Shown here piece after piece: positions 53,373 to 64,000 of a stretch of 64,000 nt of DNA. Each line of letters opens with the position of its first letter. The stretch's first letter is position 1. Origin of the DNA: Salpingoeca rosetta (Eukaryota; Protista; Choanoflagellata). The notes beneath the pieces were generated by a model. That model saw only the letters and a program-made list of their open reading frames with translations, was not told the origin of the DNA and made no database searches. The position numbers and the translations under genes were made by a program. The stretch covers positions 440,077-504,076 of the forward strand of contig JAWQFM010000013.1 in the NCBI GenBank assembly GCA_033442325.1. The letters run 5' to 3'.

Positions 53373-56300
53373 ATGACACGAAGATCAACACCAAATGCAG
53401 CCGCGGTGCTGGCTGCCACACTTTGCTTGACGGCTACTGTTGCAGTGCACCTCGCATCAGCAGCAGGTCAGCCACCTCATAGACACGCATACACACTCGC
53501 TCGCTTGTGTGCGCACACGTACACGCAAACACAGTCTCTCTCTCTCACACTCACACACTCGCACACACACACACTCACTCACTCACACGAACGCATGCAG
53601 ATGTTGGCTACTGCCCAGCCATCAAGATTGATGCGCAGAGCGAGATGAGGCACGCAACAAGCGCAGGCGCGCGCATCTTGGTGCCTTGCCCCGGCGGCAG
53701 CAGCCAAGGCGCCCTCGAGCTCATTTGCTGTGGTCCGAGTGCCGCAGGCTACTGGGACGGCGCCGGCGATGTGTGCGACACCACCCACTACAACCGCTGG
53801 ATGCAGCCCGCACAGGACACGTGCGTGTCACCGCTCGTCACCGCCCTGGAGGCGCAGGTCAACCGGCCATCAACCCTCGGCGGCGTCAAGAACACCCGCG
53901 TGCAACAAGTGCATGCGGGCTTGGAAGAGCTCCTGCAACTCCTTAACACCAAGACCCTGCGCCTTGGCCAGCGCGACATGCCCGCTGTTGTTCGCATCGC
54001 CCTTGCCGCTGTTCAGTTGCAGCACCGGCAGCAGCGCGTGCATCCGCAGCGACAGGCCAGTGTCGAGAAGCAGCAGCAGCGCCTCGCCCGCATTTTTGCT
54101 GTCCTGCAACACATCGTGCAGAGCCGCATCAAGACCGCACGCAACTTCTCCCAACAGGACCTGGCGCGCACGCTGGAATTGCTTGCAGGCATCCACACGT
54201 TCTTGCCCACACTGCCATCCCGCCTCACAACACCAGCGCTGCTGTTCGATGCCACGAGAACGGTCCTCACTACAACTGTTGGCCCTGCTCCCATCTCCTG
54301 CAACGACTTGGATTCCGCCACCTTCCACATCACCTGGTCCCAGCAACAGCAGCAGCAGGACGCCAATGCTGATGGTGACAACACCCTCGCTGGAGACATC
54401 ACAGCAACCACAGCTCCAGCCACGGGAGATGACAGCGACCGCGAAGGCAACAAGACTAGCAACGATGATGACGGTGAAGATGAGGACGTGCAGACGGGCA
54501 CGCCGCCACCAGCACCACGCCTCACAGCACGTGTCAAAGCAGCCAGTGCTGACGTGTGCGTGCACGCCGCGGCGCTGTTGGCTGCGTCATCATCAGGAAG
54601 CGCCCGCACCACAACCATGCTCGCCCCAACGGTCACCATGCTGCAAGAGGCCTGGTCCCTCCTTCCCGCATCAAGCGCAGGCGTTGGTGTCACACCCACC
54701 GTGTCTGTTGCGTTTGCAGCAGACAAGGCTGTCCTTGATGGCGATGTCACTGTTGCTCTTCCCATCATTGCAGGCCGCCGCTTCAAGTATGCTGCAACCC
54801 AGCGCTTCTGCCCGCACCAGCGTGGCACGCAAGAAGGTGTGCGTGCGTGTGTGCGTGCGTGTATGTTGATACCTGTGTGTGTGTGTGTGTGTGTGTGAAT
54901 GCCGGTGTGCACACGCGTGTCCACTGTATGTCACACACGCATCACGGCACTCACGCACAAACACGTACGCACACTCACTCACACATGCACTCACTCACTC
55001 ACACAAACACGCATACTCTCGCACACTCACGCAAACACGCACCCACTCACTCCCTCACACCAACCCACACAAACACGCACACACTCGCACACTCACGCAA
55101 ACACACGTACGTGATAGATGAGGCGGTGCTCGCTGCAAGCCTGGTGTTGAGCGAGTCTACCCTGAGTGCGACCATCGAGTGCAGCCCGACGCAGGCAACT
55201 GTGCCTCACCCACGCTACCGCTCTCTTGGCGCAGACGAAGTTGCCATGACGCAAGTAGACGTGCACGTCAACATGGAGTGCCGCCAATTGACACAAGATG
55301 GCTGGACCACACGCGGTTGCACCACACAGCCACTCTCCTCCATGCACGAAATCACATGTGCATGTGCACCGGCGCGCAGCAGCACGCCCATGGTGATCGC
55401 CGCCTTTGTGACCACACCAACTGTCGAAGGCACGCAACCCAACAGCGATCCCACTGCCTCCCCCACCGTCATTGCCACGGCTGCACACGAGCCAACACTT
55501 GTGGATGAATCAACGGGAGGTGACACCAGCAGCAGCAGCAGCAGCATCAGCGGTGATGCTGGCAACGAAAGCAGCAAGGCAGGCCCCAACGCCACCCGCT
55601 GGTCCTTTGTGCACATCACAGTCATTGTGCTGTGCAGCATGACGCTGTTGGCCTCTGCGCTTGCTCTCTACAGCACCTTGTGGGTGTGTGCCAAGAACCG
55701 CATCGACCAATTCACAGGCTCCACCCTCCACTACGTTGCCGGTTTCATCGGGTACGTGTGAATATCCACCCTGAACAACTGTGTGTGTGTGTGTGGCGTG
55801 TGTTTCTATGTGTGTATGGAGGGCGCTTGAAGCTTAGAATATGCGTTGTGCAGGTGGGAGGGTTTTCGCAACACCTAAACAGCAAAATTCAAAACACCCC
55901 TCTCCCACAACACAAGCAAGGACTGTGTCAACATTCCTGATAGTGATGTGTCTCTGCCTTGTTGTGGTCGATCCCTGCTCACCCCACATTCTCGCGTTCC
56001 CGTCTCCCCTCTCTCCCCTCTTTCCTCCCAACAATTGCTGGCGACACTTGGTTTGCAACGTCGCGCTTTAGCTTCCACGTGACCCACATGATTGGATTGG
56101 TCCGTGACCCAACAGACGACGACGCGCTGTGCTACGTACGTTCAGAGCCCTCACTTGTTTGCGTAAACTCGCTGCATGTTGTATTCGGATGCACTTGCTT
56201 GCAAGCATGCGCACTGGCTCTCACAGCACAATCGCCACTTGTGGAAATGAGACTATTGTCTCGTTCACATGAACACAGACGAACATACACACACGCACGA

Positions 56301-56976
56301 GCATACACACACGCACGAACATACACACACGCACACGCACACACATTCCCCTCCTCACCAACTTGTTTCCTCTGCTTCGATTCCCCCCCCCCCGGCCTCC
56401 TCCTCCGCACACTTTCTCCTCTCTCTCTCGTCGCCTGCCCTGCTGTTGCGCAGAGCCTGAGCGCGGCGCTGAGCTGCTTCTGCCTCAGCACCATCCTCTG
56501 GACCGTCCCCCTCATCTCAACCACTGCCTGCAAGCACGTGGCCCCAACTGTGCAAGGCAACCGTGCCAGCAGCAGCAGCAGCAGTAGCATTGTGCAGCTT
56601 CTCCACGCTGTTCTCAACTGGACTGTCCCCATCATGCTTGTTGTCGCCACGGCTCTCTTCGATACACAGGCTCTGGTGGCATCTGCAAGCACGTGCTGGT
56701 TCTCCTTCACGCCCACCTCCTCTCTCATGGTGGCTGTTGGAGGTGCCCTTGCCGTATTGGCCCAAGCTGTGGTCACTGTCAAGGCCATGTTCTCGTCTCA
56801 ATGCAGAACTGCAGACACCCTTGCCGTGATTGGTGTTGGCGCGTGCACCACGCTCTCTGCTGTTCTCCTTGCCCTCTTTGCAACACTGGAGCACTCGGCG
56901 TTTCTCGTCGCCTTTGCCAGCGTCTCCTTCGTCAACGCCGTGCGTTTGTGTGTGTGTGCGTTTGTGTGTGTGTGTG

Positions 56977-57033
<57 letters not shown>

Positions 57034-58921
57034 GTGTGTGTGCGTGTGTGTGTGTGTGTGCGTGTGTGTGTGTGGCAATATTTCTCGACTGTTGCGTGAC
57101 AATCTCCGACCTGTTCTATTACTTCCTCCAATCACTCGTTGTACGCAGTACGTGAATCAAATGCCCCCTGTTCTCTTGCTCTGTTTTCACTGATGCTCAC
57201 ACCCCGTGCAATGCCACACCGATGCTTGTTTGCTTGCTTGTGTTGATCTGCGCCCTCCATTTACTCCTACCAGTGCATCGTGCTTCTCTTCTGCTGCCTG
57301 CGGAACCGGGAGATGGCGGCCCAGCTCAACGACGCGCCTCTTCTCAAACACTTTGTCTCTGCAGCAAGCGTACCCCTGTATCAGATGCGACTGCAAAAGC
57401 CATCCGCAGGTACGTGCACATGCGTGCGCTTGTCTGTGTGAATGACTGTGTGTAAATGACACACACACACACGCACGCACACACACACACACTCTCTCTC
57501 TCTCTCCCTCTCTGTATGCGTGATTGCGCACGCACACACAACAGTTGTTTACGCCCGTACGCGCACACACTACGGCCCTCGAGATTTGTGCTCCTTTTGA
57601 CCTCAACGTGCGGTGACTCTATCTGTCTCTGTGCGATGCAACTCACATCAACAAAACGCAGATTCGCTCAAGTCTCCTTTCAACCTTGGCAAGACTGGCA
57701 GTGGGTACAACATCATGACACCAAGGTAAGCACGTTTTCAGCAAAAGGGCTCGTTTGGCAGCAGCACAACGTGACCTCAGAACCATCCCTGTCCCCCCCC
57801 CCCCCACTGCAACGTGTTCACACAGCGCATATGCGAGCAACAAACTCACGTCAACATACACTCGGACACGCAAACAGGCTCGCCCGCCAACAGATTGGGA
57901 TGGACGTATGCCCTACACCGTGCTTCGACCCTGCCATGCGATGTAAGCAGGAGGACAACGTGCAAGCTTGTGTGCACGTGCATGTGTGTGTGTGTGTGTG
58001 TGTGTGGAGATGTGTGTATGTGCATGTGTATGTGTGTGTTTTGAGACGTGTGGATGTGGATGTGCATATGGGGGCTGGCACATGTGGGGGTGCGCATGTG
58101 TGTGTGTGCACATGTGTGCACATGTGTCTGTGTGTGTACGCGTCTTGCCAGCAAATTGTGCCATGGATGGTTCACTTTTTTTGCTTGCTTGCCAAGGAAT
58201 GTCCCTCACGTCATGTGTTTCCTTTTTCACTGCTGGCTTGTGTTGATTGCAGACACGACGCCCGCTGCGTGGCGAGTGGAGCAGGTGCTTGATGGCGACA
58301 TCTCTGGTGGGTACAAGGCCACGCCGTCACCGTTCACCACCCCTCGACCAAGCGTGAGGGCCATGTGCACACAGCCTGGCAGCGCTTCCCGCTCGCGTTC
58401 TCCCAAGTTCATTTCCTCTCGGGTGAGAAGTGTGCAAAGGAAGAAGCTCGCGCGCATGCATGTGTGTTTGCATGTGCATACATGTGTGAGGAGCTTCGCT
58501 CCAATGAACACATACACACACATATCGACACATACACGCTGTACACTTGTGCTTGCACTGTCTCTCCCTCAGGCATAAACATGTGCGTCTTCACACGTGC
58601 CTCCTGTACCTTCCCATGTCTGCAATGCAAATGCTCACATCCTGCTCTCGCAAACCACCGTGCTGTGTGTGTGTGTGTCTGTGTGTGTCTGTGTGTGTCT
58701 GTGTGTGTGTCTGTGTGTCTGTGTGTGTCTGTGTGTCTGTGTGTGTGTCTGTGTGTGTGTGTCTGTGTGTGTCTGTGTGTGTCTGTGTGTGCCACACATA
58801 GGCATCGTCAACACCGACGATCGAAAGGGACAACCCCTTCAACACGCCGCAGTGCAGCCCCGAGCATGACCAGATGACCCACACCTCTTTCTTCAACCAT
58901 GATGACAGCAGCAGATGTTGA
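53373..58921 (+). CDS. Adhesion-class GPCR-like receptor (signal peptide, HRM-like, GAIN/GPS-like, multi-TM), multi-exon
   Basis: Signal [30 protein letters not shown]; Cys-rich YCPA...VPCPGG...ICCG....YWDG..DVC (hormone-receptor-motif-like); helical region; GPS-like [14 protein letters not shown]...ITCAC; hydrophobic segments incl. [48 protein letters not shown]; S/T/P-rich tail. Confidence 0.72.
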
Positions 58922-59344
58922 TGTTGATGATGATAACGATGTGCTACATGCATGACTTGAGCTGCGGCGGACAATGTGGGCGTTGTTTGTTCCTGTCCTT
59001 CTGTTGAAGCTGAAGCTTTTCGTTCATGCCAAGTCATCTTTTTCCTTTCTCCCTCTGTGAGGGAAGCGTCGTTCTACTTGTTCTTCTGTTCTTCTTCTTG
59101 CTTTGCTATCCTGTTGCTGCTTCGACGGCCATCGACCAGAAAGTGCAGAGGCACACCTTGCAACTAACAAACAAAAGAGACAACAATTCATTGATTGGCA
59201 ATTGGCATCCAGCCACTCAAACACACCTCGTCATGCTCTGGCTGGCGTTTGGCGGAGGAGAAGTACAACAAACAAAAGAAAAGGAATGTCGGGTTGATTT
59301 TGCCGCATTCCACAAGCAAAGAAGCACGCCACCTCGCACTGCTG

Positions 59345-60749
59345 ATGACGATGAGGATGAGGAGAATGACCTTTGGGACCCTTGTCTGTGCTGTGGCCAT
59401 GGCCCTGGCACTGGCCAGCGCCGGCTGTGCTGCGGGTAAGAACGGCCGCAAAAGGCGTTTGCTTGCTTTTTTTGGTTTGGTTGCTTGCAAGCAGCGCAAG
59501 CAGCGCAAGCAGCGCAAGCAGCGCAAGCAGCGCAAGCAGCGCAAGCAGCGCAAGCAGCGCAAGCAGCGCAAGCAGCGCAAGCAGCGCAAGCAGCGCAAGC
59601 AGCGCAAGCAGCGCAAGCAGCGCAAGCAGCGCAAGCAGCGCAAGCAGCGCAAGCAGCGCAAGCAGCGCAAGCAGCGCAAGCAGCGCAAGCAGCGCAAGCA
59701 GCGCAAGCAGCGCAAGCAGCGCAAGCAGCGCAAGCAGCGCAAGCAGCGCAAGCAGCGCAAGCAGTGCAAGCAGCACTGATGGCAGGTGTTCCCATGGTGG
59801 TGGTGCCTATGGTGGGCATTCGCATCTGCTGCGTTTCACACTCACACACCTACACAAAGCAATGTCTCCCTCCCTCCCTTCCTCCTTGTGACATGTCACG
59901 ACCGTGCCCGTGAACGCTTCAGCTCTCCCGAACACGCTTGGCGCGACGCTGGACGCCACCATGTGCAGCGACAACCTGGAAGGGTCCATTGGCGTGGGCC
60001 ACATCATCGCCGGAGCAACAGCAGGCAACGGCGTGCGGCGCGGCTTGCTCTACTTCAACTTGACTGGTGCTCCCTTTGAGCCAACCAAGCTCACAAGCGC
60101 GACACTCACCCTCAAGCCCTACCGCGCAGGGAGCGGCTCCGACTCATCCACGTTCTCCCTCTGGCGGCTGCAGAAGCACTGGACGACCGGCAACAGCACC
60201 TCTGCGTCTGGCCGGTGTGCGACTGCGATGGCCGGCGACGTTACGTGGAAGTATAACTCCTTTAACGTGCAGACATGGGATCATCTCGGTGGCGATTTCG
60301 CCCAAACGAGCAGCAGTCAGAGCACCATCACTCCAAGCAAGCTCGTCTTTGATGGTACGCTCACCTTCTTGGATGGCTCGTGTGTGTATGTGTGTGTGTA
60401 TGTATGTGTGTGTATGTATGTGTGTGTGCGTGTGCGTGGCTTGGTGTGTTGACATGTGGCTTGTTTACATGTGTGTCGTTGCGTACGTTGTGTACATGCG
60501 TGTGTGTTTGTGCGAGCCATGGCAGCATAGCATGGTCCGTTGCCTTCATGCTCACTCACGGGACATTGCACCCTCTCTCTCTCTCTCTCATGTCACCTGC
60601 ATGCAGTCACGACTGATGTCAAGTCCTGGCTCTCGCAAACCGCTCCCAACCACGGCTGGGTGCTCCAGGGCGAGGAAAACAAGGTTTGTCCCTCCCACTC
60701 ACTCGCACGGTGAACACCAACAGAGCATTCCCACCTGTGCCTGTCTTTG

Positions 60750-60809
<60 letters not shown>

Positions 60810-60981
60810 CGGAGTGCATCTGCGACCGGGCGACTGCCTGAGGTGTTTGCCTTGCATGTTTGAAAGTGACGGTCATGTCACATCACTCCATCACACTCAC
60901 GCACGAACCACAATTCACGCCTTTGTTCCTTTGTTGCCTGCATGCATCCACTCGCCGACGCCCGTGCCCGGTTGCCACCAC

Positions 60982-61075
<94 letters not shown>

Positions 61076-61153
61076 TAGTCAAGCACGGCTGTGCTGTTTT
61101 ACAGCTCCGAGTCATTCAACGGGCCGTATCTCACCTTTAACATGAAGGAATAG
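59345..61153 (+). CDS. Small secreted stand-alone DNRLRE-domain (disaggregatase-related/CBM96-like) protein, 4 exons
   Basis: Signal ..MTFGTLVCAVAMALALASAGCA; DATM..D, RRGLLYFNL, SATLTL, LQKHW, VTW, TWDHLGGDF, DVTTDVKSWL..PNHGWVL, LFYSSE..GPYLTF. The joined exon phases are consistent. Confidence 0.72.
59487..59774 (+). repeat. 9-bp tandem array (GCAAGCAGC) x ~32 in intron 1 of the DNRLRE gene
   Basis: Perfect units apart from one variant (GCAAGCAGT) near the 3' end. Confidence 0.97.
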
Positions 61154-61957
61154 CTCTATAGCTCATTTCATCGCTGCTCACGGCTCCTCAAGCTGCAGTG
61201 CCAGAGCGCACTGCCTTGTTACAATATGACCCGTTCCCCCCGCTGTCTGCGTTTCTGTGACATGGCGCCATTGTTTTTGTTTGCACACTGCACCGCACGC
61301 ACGTGCGTGTCTCGTGTGAACGTTGTTTATCTTCACTCCGAGAAGTGAGCGAAGCACATCCCCAGGGGGTTTGTTGCACTCACATCCCATCCCCCAATTC
61401 ATCTCAATAAAACGTTGTATCAAATCAACGTATGCGTGCATGTGTGTGAAAAGAGGGCGAGAGCAGCTAACATGGCGGCAAATACGAGCACGAGGCAGCA
61501 GTGCACGTGTCATTACATTAAAACATGCACAACCACGGCATACAGACATATGACTGACCGAACAGGCAAGCAAGCATGCCACGGCACAACCACTACGGAA
61601 CAAACAAGCGCCATCAAAACGCCTAGTCGTCACAGAAAGTTGGACGGAGAGGAAGGACGGGAGGAGGGAGATCTCAACACGTTTCTATGAAGAACGAAGC
61701 ACGCTGGTCAGTTTGGGGTGGGAGGAGAGAACGAGGGGGGGGGGGAAAAGGGGGTGGTGGTATGGAACTGGTGTGCATGTGTGCGAAGCCACGAATCGAG
61801 CTGAACGTGGGCTACCACAAACAAGATGTAATGTAACATAAAAATGTAACAGCAACAGCGTGGCACTGTCGCAGCAACGCGAAGAGGGAGCATTTCAAAA
61901 CGTCAACGCAGAATCATGCTGACAAGCAACAGCACGTGGTGTGTTCAAATCGAGGGC

Positions 61958-62144
61958 CTATTGGTCTGCTGAAGAGGCTGATATCGCATCTCGTGCTTTC
62001 TGCCATCTGTCATGTGCCGCCTCAGCCTACAGCACGCAGTCGCAAGCACACGCACACAATTGTACACACAATTGCACACACACACACACAGAAGTGAGCT
62101 GCAGCAGCCTTGGGGGATGACTCATGGGCACAAGGCGAGGGAAT

Positions 62145-62206
<62 letters not shown>

Positions 62207-62516
62207 ATGCATTGAGCTGTTCGTACGCATGCGCGTGCAGCAGCGACAGCGTTTGCAACCTCTCCAAACTTGAGAATGGTGTTTCCTTTCCACAGCCTGG
62301 AGTCGGATATGGGACAGTACGTGTCGTGTTAATGAATAAGAGGTGACAATCACCACCGTGTGTCAGAGGTTCACGTGCATCAGTACGTGCGCAGACGCAC
62401 ACACACAAAAACACATGCACACACACTCCCTCTCACTCGCGTGTACACACACCCAGGCCCACACACTCTCACTCACTCACTCACACACACTCACTCACTC
62501 ACACACACACACACAC

Positions 62517-62548
<32 letters not shown>

Positions 62549-63570
62549 TCGCACACAGTACATGCACCAAGTAAACACGAGCAACAATAAATGACATAAT
62601 CTGCGCACCCATCCTTCACGTTGCCCTTATCCGTGACCAATCTTCCTGCACCGTCAGGTATCCCGTGCCTGCGATGGTGTAGTGAGCATGCGGGAATGCA
62701 GGTGAGAGTGAGTCAAGCATTACTGGTGGGCAACGGGGGTGGTCAGCGAAAGGGGTGGAGCTCCGCATAACCAGTCACACGCACATAACAAAGCGTTAAA
62801 CTGTATTGCGCCCTCCCCTCTCCCATCACAATCAGACACACGCCACTGACTTGAAGGCGCCGAGAAACTGTGTTTTGTTCACGCGAGTGTACACGCCGTA
62901 GCCCTGGTAAAGGCCCTCCACGAACTGACCAGCATAGCAGCTGTGATGGAGTACGGAGACGCCAAACGCGGCGGCGTGCATTGTTTGGTGAGCAACAGGG
63001 CAGGCGGTTGTGACATTGTACAGACACATGATTGCTGCAGTCGCACCATCAGCGTGCAAGGATGACACCGTACACGAATGCGCTCACCTTCCACTAACTA
63101 AGGTGTGGACACCAAACCCTTGGGGTACACCCTGAACCATCAAACAAAACAAGAATAAGAAATCAGCCATAAGGAAACAACCATTCTGGAAGCCAGCTGC
63201 CAGAGAGCACACCGCCCCCCCCCCTACACACACACACACACACACACACAATGGCTCGTACGCAACGGTTCACACTCACCCTCACGCACACACACACACA
63301 CATGCGCACGCGCGAACACACACACACACACACATGCACAAGCAGGGAGGAGTACCTCGACGAATTCCCCAATGTAGACAGAGCCATCCTTGAATCGAAA
63401 CAGCCCAAATCCCTCCCGTTGATCAAACGACCACTCCCCAATATACCTGCGATCACGCGTACAAAAAGGTGCACAGTGCGTGTGCGTGCGTACGTGCATG
63501 TGTGAGCGTTGACACAAAGGCGATGTTGAATTGCCGTGAGCACTTTAACGAGAGCGCGAGTGCAGAGATC

Positions 63571-63616
<46 letters not shown>

Positions 63617-63631
63617 CGTGCGTGTGTGTGC

Positions 63632-63686
<55 letters not shown>

Positions 63687-63950
63687 CGTGTGTGCGTGCG
63701 TGTGCGTGCGTGTGTGTGCGTGTGTGTGCGTGTGCCTGTGTGTGTGTGTCTGTGTGCCTGTGTGTGTGTGTGCACTGCACTGCACTTCTTCTGACGTACA
63801 TCGACTCATCGTCGTACACGCGTTTGCGAAACGCCTCAAGTGCTGCATGCATGCGCCAATGAATTGGATGAAGCAGGAGAGCAGGCAAGAGCAGTGCAGG
63901 GGATAGGGGAGCAGGGATGGTGAGGCACCAGCAAACAAAACAAACACACA

Positions 63951-63997
<47 letters not shown>

Positions 63998-64000
63998 CCT
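61958..64000 (-). CDS. MORN-repeat protein (MORN4-like), 5' part outside the window, multi-exon
   Basis: [80 protein letters not shown]. The stop position is tentative. Confidence 0.75.

Noticed and set aside
59487-59774. CRISPR-like array or a real poly(QAA)/(KQR) protein
   Set aside because: There are no spacers, it is a eukaryotic simple tandem repeat, and the flanking exons splice in phase across it.

Overview
Eukaryotic, gene-dense and intron-rich DNA whose introns are full of (CA/TG)n and other microsatellites. The style and gene content suggest a choanoflagellate, most likely Salpingoeca rosetta (inference). Most six-frame ORFs are microsatellite artefacts, so real genes were rebuilt by joining GT-AG exons by eye. 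In order: mitochondrial ribosomal protein L10 (-); a ~2.4-kb IS630/Tc1/mariner-type transposon with ~172-bp inverted repeats, an unusual DD52E triad and a non-TA flanking duplication, spanning a 100-N gap; class II fumarase (+); c-Myb-type factor (+); SerA/PHGDH (-); Ras (+); DUF1764 protein (-); Vps18 (+); ASNSD1 (-); Gpc1-type acyltransferase (-); CNOT4 (-); RPS21 (+); secreted PqaA/AprA-like hydrolase (-); adhesion-type GPCR with a degenerate GPS (+); secreted bacterial-type DNRLRE-domain protein (+) with a 9-bp tandem array in intron 1; partial MORN-repeat protein (-). The best leads are the atypical transposon, an E2F/CHR/Myb/CCAAT motif cluster upstream of Myb, and the AprA-like / aGPCR / DNRLRE extracellular trio. 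CDS coordinates are gene spans including introns. No database searches were run.
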